A stretch of DNA of 64,000 nucleotides from a virus, in the IMG/VR virus record IMGVR_UViG_3300045049_000286, positions 1 through 64,000 of that record; one strand, written 5' to 3'. The notes under the pieces were generated by a model. It was not told the DNA's origin, did not search any database, and saw only the letters and a program-made list of their open reading frames with translations. Shown one piece after another: positions 29,659 through 38,264 of this stretch (its first letter is position 1; each line of letters opens with the position of its first letter). A program made the position numbers and the translations under genes.

Positions 29659-30200
29659 GCCGCCGTCCAAAGCCGAAGCAGCCGCGCGGCATGTCCGTCT
29701 TCGACTGGCAGCGCCGCTTCTTCGAGCACGTGGACAAGGGCACCGAGTTCGACGACTGCTGGCTGTGGCGAGACGCGGTCGACGAGGACGGCTACGGCAA
29801 GTTCCGCACCCCCGACGGCGTACGCGGCGCTCACATCATCTCCTGGGAGATGTGCCACGAACGCCGCCTGCCCAAGGGCTGGCACGTCGACCACCTGTGC
29901 CGCATCCGCCGGTGCTGCAATCCCGAGCACCTCGAAGCGGTCGAGCATTCCGAGAACGTCCTGCGCGGCGCGTCGTTTTCCGCCAAGAACAAGCAGAAGA
30001 CACACTGTCCCAGGGGACACGAGTACACCGACGAGAACACGCGCATTCACCACGGCAGCAGGGAATGCATCACCTGCATCCGCCAGCGCGACCGCGAACG
30101 CCGCCAGGCCCGCAAGGACGACCACGACCTCACACGCGACGAACGGCTCCACGCGATCCTCACGGACAACTACTACGACTACGATCTCCCCGAGGAGTGA
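29655..30200 (+). CDS. HNH endonuclease
   Basis: CWLW..GYG..AH..VDHLCR.R.CCNPEHLE.V...EN; KTHCPRGHEY...N. Confidence 0.9.
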   Translation: MSRRPKPKQPRGMSVFDWQRRFFEHVDKGTEFDDCWLWRDAVDEDGYGKFRTPDGVRGAHIISWEMCHERRLPKGWHVDHLCRIRRCCNPEHLEAVEHSENVLRGASFSAKNKQKTHCPRGHEYTDENTRIHHGSRECITCIRQRDRERRQARKDDHDLTRDERLHAILTDNYYDYDLPEE

Positions 30201-30206
30201 ATCGAC

Positions 30207-30503
30207 ATGGCCTCCAAGAAGACCGACCCCACCCCCCAGGCCGAACCCGCCGCCCAGGCAGTGCCGCACCCCGAGCACACCGGCAGCGTCATCACCGGCG
30301 AACTGCACCGTGCCGTGGCCGCGATCGAGGCCGTCGCCGCCCGCGCCTCCCTGCTCGCCGGCAGCGGTGTCGGCGAGCTTGCCCAGGCCGCCCACAACCT
30401 CCTCGGCGACGCCCAGACCGCCCTGCAGCACGTCAAGAACGCGCTCTCCAAGAACACCGCCGACCAGCCGGCACCCCAGGCCGAGAAGGAGGCGCAGGCG
30501 TGA
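30207..30503 (+). CDS. Ala-rich hypothetical protein
   Basis: GAGGAG RBS. Confidence 0.65.
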   Translation: MASKKTDPTPQAEPAAQAVPHPEHTGSVITGELHRAVAAIEAVAARASLLAGSGVGELAQAAHNLLGDAQTALQHVKNALSKNTADQPAPQAEKEAQA

Positions 30504-30820
30504 GCGAGCCCATCATCGGCGAGCCTGCCAACGAGACGCCGGAGGATAGCGCCCCGGCCCTGCAGGTCATCACCGCGTTCACCGTGCTGCTGCACCCCAA
30601 CGGCAAGTGGGAGGCCCGGCCGGCGGTCGGCCAGCCCATTCAGGCCGAACGCATGCCGCTGCTGGAGGAAATGCGCACCGGGGCCGAGGCCGTCGCCTTC
30701 GAGATCGGCATCAGCATGGCCGCGCAGGTCAACACCCAGTACCAGCTCAGCATGGCGCAGCAGGCCCGTGCTCAGGCCGAGAACGCCGCCATCGCCAGCA
30801 AGCTGCACCTGCCCCGGTAG
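30500..30820 (+). CDS. Hypothetical protein
   Basis: GTGA overlap; AAGGAGG RBS. Confidence 0.7.
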   Translation: MSEPIIGEPANETPEDSAPALQVITAFTVLLHPNGKWEARPAVGQPIQAERMPLLEEMRTGAEAVAFEIGISMAAQVNTQYQLSMAQQARAQAENAAIASKLHLPR

Positions 30821-30864
30821 CGCATTCCTGGTTCGACATTCGAGCCCACGCGCGGCGCTCATGG

Positions 30865-30900
30865 AGAAGGCCCCTCCACCTGTCCCCGGAGGGGCCTTCT
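30865..30900. terminator. Intrinsic terminator, possibly bidirectional
   Basis: 13-bp stem AGAAGGCCCCTCC/GGAGGGGCCTTCT. Confidence 0.75.
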
Positions 30901-30903
30901 TCC

Positions 30904-31001
30904 GTTGCCGGCTCCAGGAGTTGGGGGAAAAGTGACCGCCTCCATGCTTCCCTACCCGCTCATGTGTAGGTAGCAGAGACGGCCCCCGGAACGCCGGCGA
31001 C
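30904..31001 (-). ncRNA. Candidate structured small RNA
   Basis: Nested stems over about 100 nt, G-U pairs mostly favour - strand; C-rich bulge. Confidence 0.35.
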
Positions 31002-31140
31002 CTGGTGCACCACGGTTGGTTGACGTGGCACAGGCCACACTACCCCCAGTAATGCACGATCAACAGAGCAGTGACATTAACTGACCGGAATGTCGCATTT
31101 TTACCCTTGCCGCACTCGGCAATGAATCGGAGGCCCGACC

Positions 31141-31611
31141 ATGCTCACCGTCGTCATGGTCCTGGAAGGCGTGCTGCGAATCCCCAGCTCAGACGGCCAC
31201 TACCCCACCGGATGGTCGCTCTTCCACGCCCTCGCCCCCAACACGCGCCTCTACCTGCTCTCCCACCAGTGGCGCGACGAGGAATGCAAACCCTGGCTCG
31301 CCAAGCGCAACCTGACGGGCCATCTCGGCTACATCCACCAGCCCATCCCCGGCACGGCAGGCCGCCTCGAAGCCCTCCAACTCGTGCGCCACTGGCACGT
31401 CAACCTCGTCATCGAACCCGACCCCGCCTGCGCCGCCGCCGAGTTGGAAGCCGGATGGAACACCCTCCTGCACACCCACACCGGCTACAGCCGACCCGAA
31501 TGGCGCCCCGACTACACCGGCACGCCCCGCCCCTGGGACGACCTCATCGCCACCATCGAACGCCACCAGGACCTCCGCGCCCGCGACGACCGACTCAAGG
31601 AACCCAAGTGA
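31141..31611 (+). CDS. HAD-like fold protein (degenerate motif I)
   Basis: VVMVLEGVL..; LYLLS; WL...L; LVIEPD; GGAGG RBS. Confidence 0.6.
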   Translation: MLTVVMVLEGVLRIPSSDGHYPTGWSLFHALAPNTRLYLLSHQWRDEECKPWLAKRNLTGHLGYIHQPIPGTAGRLEALQLVRHWHVNLVIEPDPACAAAELEAGWNTLLHTHTGYSRPEWRPDYTGTPRPWDDLIATIERHQDLRARDDRLKEPK

Positions 31612-31850
31612 ACGACTACGACCCCACCGAGCCGCTGCGCTTCAAGATCCTCCGCCAAGAGGACGACACCCTCAAGCACGTCGCCGACGGCGTCCGCTGG
31701 ACCGACAACAGCGTCTCCGTCCAGTGGCTCGACGAATCCCCCCGCGTGCTCAACTTCACCACCCTCGACCACGCCTCCCAAGTCCTCGGCGCAGACGGCG
31801 ACACCCACTTCGCCTTCCTCGACCACTGGGTGCCCCGGGAGAAGCTGTGA
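31608..31850 (+). CDS. Hypothetical protein
   Basis: GTGA overlaps; VADGVRWTD.SV.VQW. Confidence 0.7.
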   Translation: MNDYDPTEPLRFKILRQEDDTLKHVADGVRWTDNSVSVQWLDESPRVLNFTTLDHASQVLGADGDTHFAFLDHWVPREKL

Positions 31851-33319
31851 AGTTCTACTTCGGCGGAGGAGAGATCCCATCCCACCGCAACCTGCTCACC
31901 GCCGAGAACATGCCCCACGTCGCCCTCAGCTACATGGGCCTGCGCCGGCGCACCAAGTTCACCAAGCCCTGGCTCGCCGCCGAGGTCTTCGGCGACGACC
32001 AGTCCATCCTCCTCGACTCCGGCTGCCACACCCTCAACCGCGAAGGCGTCGAAGTCGACCACGACGAACTACGCGCCATCGCCGACCACTACTACAGCCT
32101 GATCGAGGCCAACATCGACCGCCTCGACGCGTACACAGAGTTCGACGCCCTCGCCCTCGGACACGACTGGATCAAGAACAACCGCGAACACCTCCATCCC
32201 GACAAGGCCATCGTCGTCTGGCACGAGGAGTACGGCCTCGACGAACTGCGCCGCATGGCCGACCAGCACCCCTACGTCGCCGTCGGACAAGCCACCTGCG
32301 GCGACCGCGACATCATCCCCGTTCTGCGCTCCCTCGCCCGCCAAGGACGTCTCCACGGCATGGGCTTCTCCTCCCCGCCGCTCATGCTCGCCGCCGACTG
32401 GTACTCGATCGCCTCCACCACCTGGCTGTCCGCAGCCCAGCACGGCGAGACCTTCGTGTGGACCGGAACCGAGTTGAAGCGGTACCCCACCCGCTACAAG
32501 GCCCAGGCCCGCAAACGCCACCGCTCCCTGTTCACCGACGCCGGCCTCGACGCCGACAAGATCGAAGCCGACGACCCCACCGAGGTCCTGCGCCTGTCCC
32601 TGTGGTCGTGGACGAAGCAGATCGAGCACATTTCGCGGCGCCACGGCGACCCAGCAACTGTGACGCCGATCCGGCCACACCTCGAAATCGCGGAAACCAC
32701 CGCCGGTGCACCTACGGGGACGCACCCCGAGGATAGCCTCGAACCCGCAACTATCCGCCGCGAGAAGCGCCTCCTGCCCGGAATCGAACAAGAGCGCTTC
32801 ACCTACCGCTACACCGACCCCGAAACCGGCGAGAAGACCAGCCGGCAGGAAACCCGCCTGCACGCCGTGGACCCAGACGTCCGCGTCTGCGACGGATGCT
32901 TCCTCGCCAACAAGTGCCGCGACTACCAGCCCGGCCACTCCTGCGTCTACGAGATCCCCATCCGCGTCCGCACCAAAGAGCAGTACATCGCCCTCTTGGA
33001 CGGGGTCATCGCCATGCAGGGCGCCCGCGTCATGTTCATGCGCGTCGCAGAAGAGGTCGAAGGCGGATACGCCGACCCCAACCTCTCCCAGGAGATGGAC
33101 CGCCTCGCGAAGTACATCAAGCTCAAGGCCGACATCGAAGAAGCCGGCTTCACCTTCTCCATGAAGATCCAGCAAAAGGACGGCGCACAGGTCGGCCTCC
33201 TGTCCCGGCTCTTTGGAGACAAGGCGGGGGGCCCCCCGGCCCTCACCGCCTCCGGCACAGTGTCAGCCCAGCAGGCAATCGAACAAATGGGCATCGTGGA
33301 CGCCGAAGTCGTCGAATGA
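31847..33319 (+). CDS. tRNA-guanine transglycosylase (TGT)-fold-like protein with Cys-rich C-terminal domain
   Basis: LSY; ILLDSG; EFD; VWH; LHGMG; SIASTTW; later CDGC....C......C. Confidence 0.65.
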   Translation: MKFYFGGGEIPSHRNLLTAENMPHVALSYMGLRRRTKFTKPWLAAEVFGDDQSILLDSGCHTLNREGVEVDHDELRAIADHYYSLIEANIDRLDAYTEFDALALGHDWIKNNREHLHPDKAIVVWHEEYGLDELRRMADQHPYVAVGQATCGDRDIIPVLRSLARQGRLHGMGFSSPPLMLAADWYSIASTTWLSAAQHGETFVWTGTELKRYPTRYKAQARKRHRSLFTDAGLDADKIEADDPTEVLRLSLWSWTKQIEHISRRHGDPATVTPIRPHLEIAETTAGAPTGTHPEDSLEPATIRREKRLLPGIEQERFTYRYTDPETGEKTSRQETRLHAVDPDVRVCDGCFLANKCRDYQPGHSCVYEIPIRVRTKEQYIALLDGVIAMQGARVMFMRVAEEVEGGYADPNLSQEMDRLAKYIKLKADIEEAGFTFSMKIQQKDGAQVGLLSRLFGDKAGGPPALTASGTVSAQQAIEQMGIVDAEVVE

Positions 33320-33333
33320 GCCAGTAACTCGAA

Positions 33334-33362
33334 GAACCCCGCTCCACCAGGGAACGGGGTTC
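33334..33362. terminator. Terminator between convergent genes
   Basis: GAACCCCG/CGGGGTTC stem. Confidence 0.65.
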
Positions 33363-33386
33363 GTCCAACCACAGGCTCGAACCGGC

Positions 33387-33872
33387 TCAGGCCAGCTGAT
33401 CCTCGCGCTCTCCGGCCTCCTCCAGCGCCATGTCCTCCAGCACGTCCGCGATGGCAACCTCCAGCGCCGTCTGGTTCGGCCCCACGACCGGCACGAGCGC
33501 CGCCCGGAACAGATCCGGCGCCCTCCTCAACGCCAGCGCCAACGTCGCGGTGATCTGCGGCCCCCACGTGTCCGCCATGTCCAACCGAAGAGCCACGCAG
33601 CGCGACTCCTCCGCAATCAGCCGCAGCCTAACCTCACCGGCTGGTTCCGCTACCGCTAGCCACCGCATGCACTCCGCGTGGACGTCCTTCATCGTCTGCA
33701 CCGCGATCGAGTAGCGCAGGTGCATGCCGCTCAGCTCGTCCAGCGTGATCTCCAGATCCGGGTGCGCCGCCTGGTACTCCCGGAACTCCATCAACCAGCT
33801 CTGCCCCACACGCCACGCCGCCCGGTACCGGCGCGCGTAGCCGCCGTCTTCCAGCATCTCCGGGGAACTCAT
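33387..33872 (-). CDS. Hypothetical protein
   Basis: GAGGAGG RBS before ATG 33872. Confidence 0.7.
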   Translation of the reverse strand: MSSPEMLEDGGYARRYRAAWRVGQSWLMEFREYQAAHPDLEITLDELSGMHLRYSIAVQTMKDVHAECMRWLAVAEPAGEVRLRLIAEESRCVALRLDMADTWGPQITATLALALRRAPDLFRAALVPVVGPNQTALEVAIADVLEDMALEEAGEREDQLA

Positions 33873-33902
33873 AACACCCTCCTCGCTCCTAACACGTACG
33901 CA

Positions 33903-33931
33903 GCATATGCAAATCACCACGACGCATATGC
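33903..33931. promoter_or_regulatory. Tandem GCATATGC palindromes, candidate operator
   Basis: GCATATGC at 33903 and 33924, 21 bp apart. Confidence 0.4.
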
Positions 33932-33993
33932 GAAAACGACAAAACGGCCCCACCAGGACCTAGATCCCAATGGGGCCGCTCTCGCGCCCTACG

Positions 33994-34335
33994 TCACGTC
34001 TCCTGCAACGGCTCACCCGCGCGCACCTTGCGCACCACCTCGCGGTGACCCTCCAGCGCGTCCTCCGCAGTGTGGTACTCGGCCACCTCGATCGGACGAG
34101 GCACACCATCGTGCGGCCAGAAGACCGCCGTCCCGAAGAACGCCCCCGGCTCATGACACGAGCACCCGCCCGACAGGTCGTACGGACTGTCGAGATGCCG
34201 CATCGTCCGCACCAGCACCAGCACCCCGCCAGGTGCCGGCACCTCGTCCTCGCCCATGACCCGGTTCTCGAAGCTGTTCGCCGGGTCCAGATACTTCGCG
34301 ACCCGCTGCTCCACCTCGTCGTCCCTGGACCCCAT
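33994..34335 (-). CDS. Hypothetical protein
   Basis: Y.T..DAL.GH..VV motif; GC3 bias. Confidence 0.65.
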   Translation of the reverse strand: MGSRDDEVEQRVAKYLDPANSFENRVMGEDEVPAPGGVLVLVRTMRHLDSPYDLSGGCSCHEPGAFFGTAVFWPHDGVPRPIEVAEYHTAEDALEGHREVVRKVRAGEPLQET

Positions 34336-34339
34336 TCTC

Positions 34340-34684
34340 TCAGTCCTCGAACGGCTCCAGCAGCGCGTACGCCTCTTCGTGCCGGCCGTCCAGCCAGAGC
34401 TTCGAGTACGCGCCGATGTGCCGGCGCGGCAGCAACCCGCGCTGCTCGGCGATGAGACCGGAGTCATCCCACGCGCCGACCTCGCTGTCGAGGAAGCTCG
34501 TGCCCTTCGTGTCGGCGCGGTCCAGCCGTTCAGCCTCGATGCCGAACGCGAGAAACTCGGCGCGCGTACCGACCATGGCCGGCTGCTCACACATCGTCGA
34601 CCAGCCTACGTACAGGTCTTCGTCGGGCGCCGACTTCATGATCAGACGGGGCTGCCAGAGGCCCCGCGTGGCAGGCATCGTCAT
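34340..34684 (-). CDS. Hypothetical protein
   Basis: AAGGAG RBS; DLYVGWST...RLDRADTKGTS. Confidence 0.7.
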   Translation of the reverse strand: MTMPATRGLWQPRLIMKSAPDEDLYVGWSTMCEQPAMVGTRAEFLAFGIEAERLDRADTKGTSFLDSEVGAWDDSGLIAEQRGLLPRRHIGAYSKLWLDGRHEEAYALLEPFED

Positions 34685-35061
34685 GCTGCTCCTTCTGGTT
34701 GGAATCGGTGACTCTCGTAGCTGCTGAGCTTCCAGCCGCCCTGCTCGTGGTCGTCCTGGAGGACGTTGAGCCCGGGGGCCTTGATCGTCTCCGTACACAC
34801 GTCGCAGTCGCACTGGTGCGACATGCACGGGCACTGGGCGTCGTCGCAGAGCGGATTCGCTCCGTACCCCTCGGCGACGTCCTTCGACCACGTCGGGTGG
34901 ACGCGGTGCTCTCGGTCGAATCGGTGGCCGTGGGGCAGCGGGACCTTCGGGCAGGAGAACTTCGATCCCTTCGCCGCCTCCTCGGTGGCCCACGCCGCCC
35001 GGCAGCCGTTGCACTGCCACCGGCCGGCACGGACCTGACCGACATGGGGGACGCGCTTCAC
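34681..35061 (-). CDS. Cys/His-rich hypothetical protein
   Basis: Several CxxC/CxC motifs; overlap coupling. Confidence 0.65.
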   Translation of the reverse strand: MKRVPHVGQVRAGRWQCNGCRAAWATEEAAKGSKFSCPKVPLPHGHRFDREHRVHPTWSKDVAEGYGANPLCDDAQCPCMSHQCDCDVCTETIKAPGLNVLQDDHEQGGWKLSSYESHRFQPEGAA

Positions 35062-35258
35062 GGGGTGGCTTCCCGCGCCTCGGCGGCCTCGGCCCCCTCC
35101 TTGGCCCACTGCAGCTCGGCGATGACCTTGTCCACATCCTCGGGCGTCAGGTAGGTGAACCCGTCGATCCCGCCCGACGCCTGGATGCCGACGAGGCCGG
35201 CCATCCACGTGAAGCTGAGCTGCTGCCGGTTCTGCCCGACGCGAATTTCATGGCTCAC
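35058..35258 (-). CDS. Hypothetical protein
   Basis: GTGA overlap; GAGGAG RBS. Confidence 0.6.
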   Translation of the reverse strand: MSHEIRVGQNRQQLSFTWMAGLVGIQASGGIDGFTYLTPEDVDKVIAELQWAKEGAEAAEAREATP

Positions 35259-35437
35259 TGGTTGTTCTCCTCGATCGAGATCTCGGGCACCTCGTCGAAT
35301 CCGACCTTCACGCCGGCGCGCTCCAGCTCGCCGATCATGCCGCCGTGCAGCACCGCCTCCTCGATCGCTTCCTTCATCTTCCACAGCACGTAGCCGCGCG
35401 GCAGCTCGGCGTTGAAGCTGATCGTGATCTTGGCCAT
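35255..35437 (-). CDS. Hypothetical protein
   Basis: GGAGGAG RBS. Confidence 0.6.
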   Translation of the reverse strand: MAKITISFNAELPRGYVLWKMKEAIEEAVLHGGMIGELERAGVKVGFDEVPEISIEENNQ

Positions 35438-35439
35438 GA

Positions 35440-35655
35440 CTACTTCTCCTCCTTGTCGACGGCCCGAGCCGCCGCGTCCTGCCGGGCCTTCGGCCACGAG
35501 TAGAAGATCGCGTCAGCCGCTGCATCGCCCTGATCGGCCGCCCGGCAGATCTCGGCGTCGCTCGCGTCCGCGTAGGCCGACACGTTCTCCAGCTCCTCGT
35601 CCGTGAGGTCATCCGGGTTGTGCGGGTCATGGAAATCGTCGCGGCGTCGGATCAT
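35440..35655 (-). CDS. Acidic hypothetical protein
   Basis: AAGGTGG RBS; GC3 bias. Confidence 0.6.
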   Translation of the reverse strand: MIRRRDDFHDPHNPDDLTDEELENVSAYADASDAEICRAADQGDAAADAIFYSWPKARQDAAARAVDKEEK

Positions 35656-35993
35656 CAGTCCACCTTCTCGATCGCGAGAAGGTGGGGGACAAGGTCCTCG
35701 GGCAGCATGGTCTCTCCTCGGGTGAAGGTGCCTGGTGGCACCGTATCGGCCCCTCGGCCCGGAGCGGGAAAAACGAGGGGAGCGGGTGGGAGCGGACACG
35801 GATGCCCGGCCGCCGGAAAATGCAAAATGCGTCACCCGTTCGGCCGGGCATACCGGACATTTTTCGCGGGGACGTCAACCTCGTGCTGACGGACTCCGAC
35901 GACGCGACTCCCGACAAGGCCGACTGCTGGGCCGCCTTCTGGGAGGTCATAGGCCCTGAGCTGTACCGGCTCTGGCTCGAAGACCAGACCAAC

Positions 35994-37715
35994 TCAACTA
36001 GCGACTGACGCGCGCTGTTCCAACACCTTCTCCCATGCCACGCGTCGCTTGACCTTCCCGTCGGGAGCCTCCCACGCGGGCACGATCTCGATCACGCTCC
36101 AGGACGTACCGGCACCCTTGCGCACCGCAATATGGTCGACAACCATGCGCAGCGCCGCTCGGCGCTTGTCCACCGACAGCCGTGGCCACTGCTCCGCCAT
36201 CTTCTCGAATGCTTCCGCAGGCGGCGGCGCACTGCTGCGTACCCGGGGCGCGAGCGTCTTCATCTCGGTCTCGATGTCCGCCAGCCTCTGCTCGTACTCG
36301 CGGGTGAGCTTCTCCGCCGACCGCTCCGGCACGGACTTCTTCGCCACTGCGAGGGCCAACGCATCCTGCTCGGCTTCGATCTGCTCCTTGAGCTTCTCCA
36401 GCTGTACCAGCTTCTTGCGGTCCCGCTCATCAGAAAGTTGACGCTGGACCGCTGCTACCGCGTTCTCCTCGCCCTCAGCGTTCGCCTTGAGCCAGTTGAG
36501 GACCGCAGCTTCCAACCGTGCCAGCGAGACCTGCACGCCCTCGCAGTCGCCCGTGTGCAACTTGCGTCGGCAGCCGAAGTTGACGATGTACCCCGACGTC
36601 GCCCGAGAGTCCCGCCTCGGCCGTGCGGACATGGAAGACCTGCAGACGCTCCCGTTCTCCCGCGTCGCATAGCAACGAACCAGCGTCGAAACCGAGTACT
36701 TGGGGTTCGTCGACCGCGTCTCCCCCTGTGCCTGCAGCAGCCGGCGCTCCACGTACCGGCGCCACACCTCTGGACCGATGATCGGAGCGTGCTTACCCCG
36801 CCGCCAACCGGCTGGCGGAGCGTAGTACGACGGACCGCCTTCCTCGTCTTGAACAAGCTCCCACTCGAAATCGTCGGCCGCCCACTTCCGCAGCTCCTCG
36901 GTCTCCGTACCGACGTCGGTCCGGAGGTAGCCGGCCTGGAACCCGGTGTCGAGCGAGTTGCGCCAATCGCCCCACGACATCTTCTTGCCGTCGGGGTATT
37001 TCTTTGACGGGGCCGAACGGAATCCGGACTTCTGGAACTGCGCAGCGAGCGCCTGCCCGCTTTCGCCGTTCCCGTACCGGCGGCACATCTCCTCGATGTC
37101 GTCGGCCGTGCTCTCGTTGATCTGCAGCACGCCGTCGCACGTCTTGCAGTGGACGTATGCGCGCTCGTTCATCGGGTTGCGATGGCAATCAGGGCACCGG
37201 GTGTATCCGAGCCGCAGCCGGCCGCTGTGCGGCATGCCGCGCCGGTGTCGGTTGTCGTGGGCGCGGACCCACGCCTCGGAGATAAGCACCGAGCCGTTCT
37301 CGTCGACCACGGTGTTGAATTGAAAGGCGAGCTTTCCGGCCGCCGTGGATGTGTCGATGATCTGGCCGCCAGCGATAAGGCATGAGCCAGATTCACGCAG
37401 CAGTCGCTCATGCCGCTGAGCCTCTGCGCTGTTGCGCCCCCACCGGTTGGTGTGAATGAGGATGACGCCGTCGATCTCAGCGCGGCGCGACATGTCAATG
37501 ATTTCCATGATTCGGCGCGTCTCGAAGACGGTGCCGGTGAGGTCCTTCTCGATGATGACATCGACGACCGAAACACCGAGCATCTCGGCTACGCGCTTGC
37601 CGTGGTCGATCTGGATCTCTTCGCTGTACTGCATCGTGCGGTCCATGCTGATGCGCACATAGATGACTGCCCGGCGCAGTGCGCGAAGGGCTGTACGGCG
37701 CAGCTTCTTTGCCAT
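35994..37715 (-). CDS. int: Large serine recombinase (integrase)
   Basis: AVIYVRIS catalytic motif; RWGR; recombinase domain; LVRC..C...C...C zinc ribbon; coiled coil. Confidence 0.93.
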   Translation of the reverse strand: MAKKLRRTALRALRRAVIYVRISMDRTMQYSEEIQIDHGKRVAEMLGVSVVDVIIEKDLTGTVFETRRIMEIIDMSRRAEIDGVILIHTNRWGRNSAEAQRHERLLRESGSCLIAGGQIIDTSTAAGKLAFQFNTVVDENGSVLISEAWVRAHDNRHRRGMPHSGRLRLGYTRCPDCHRNPMNERAYVHCKTCDGVLQINESTADDIEEMCRRYGNGESGQALAAQFQKSGFRSAPSKKYPDGKKMSWGDWRNSLDTGFQAGYLRTDVGTETEELRKWAADDFEWELVQDEEGGPSYYAPPAGWRRGKHAPIIGPEVWRRYVERRLLQAQGETRSTNPKYSVSTLVRCYATRENGSVCRSSMSARPRRDSRATSGYIVNFGCRRKLHTGDCEGVQVSLARLEAAVLNWLKANAEGEENAVAAVQRQLSDERDRKKLVQLEKLKEQIEAEQDALALAVAKKSVPERSAEKLTREYEQRLADIETEMKTLAPRVRSSAPPPAEAFEKMAEQWPRLSVDKRRAALRMVVDHIAVRKGAGTSWSVIEIVPAWEAPDGKVKRRVAWEKVLEQRASVAS

Positions 37716-37800
37716 GCCTCTCCTCGGTAGTCGTGTTGCACGATACCGACGAAGGGGGTGCTTCTCCTCGTCCGACAGGCGCTGGGGCGGCCCGTTGTGA

Positions 37801-37852
37801 GTAGAACCCTCTTGTCAGTCTCGTGAAGACGAACGCTACCAGAGGGTGCTAC
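37801..37852. mobile_element. Candidate attP site
   Basis: 52-bp imperfect inverted repeat, 17 of 25 positions symmetric, central AA/TT, upstream of integrase. Confidence 0.7.
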
Positions 37853-38163
37853 TTCCCTGCGTGGCTTCCGTACCAGAACTCATAGGTCGTCGGATCGTCG
37901 TTCTGACCAGCTGACTTGTCGCGAATCGGCAGCTCAATCACAGGGGCCAGGGCGGGTTCGTCCGCCTCCAGAAGGTCCAGGATGCCGGACGCCTCGGCGT
38001 CGGGCTGAGCTTCGAGCAGGCTTCGCAGGTACGCACGCTGCCTCGGGCTGATGATCAACTCCATGCCTCCCTCTGTGAGCGTCGCTGTCTCCACAGCGCA
38101 CGCTTCGAAGGTAGCGAGCAACAGCTCGCCGATATCCCTGCGGTTCCGTCGGGTCTTAGCCAC
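37849..38163 (-). CDS. Hypothetical protein upstream of integrase
   Basis: GGGAG RBS before GTG; stop lies in attP arm; start uncertain. Confidence 0.5.
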   Translation of the reverse strand: MAKTRRNRRDIGELLLATFEACAVETATLTEGGMELIISPRQRAYLRSLLEAQPDAEASGILDLLEADEPALAPVIELPIRDKSAGQNDDPTTYEFWYGSHAGK

Positions 38164-38264
38164 AACAAGCTCCCCAGCTTCGTGGACTGATTCAGCCGTG
38201 ATCGTAGTGGGGAAAATGCGGCACCCACCACACGATCGGCCGGACCCGCGAATATTGTGATGGC

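Noticed and set aside
216-33200. Many long alternative-frame and antisense ORFs (e.g. 2526-4448, 15873-17384, 11504-12784)
   Set aside because: Shadow ORFs expected in high-GC DNA; R/P/G-rich translations without motifs that overlap well-supported genes
35682-36008. Plus-strand ORF convergent with integrase
   Set aside because: No clear RBS or start; only the last 40 or so codons look coding, so left uncalled
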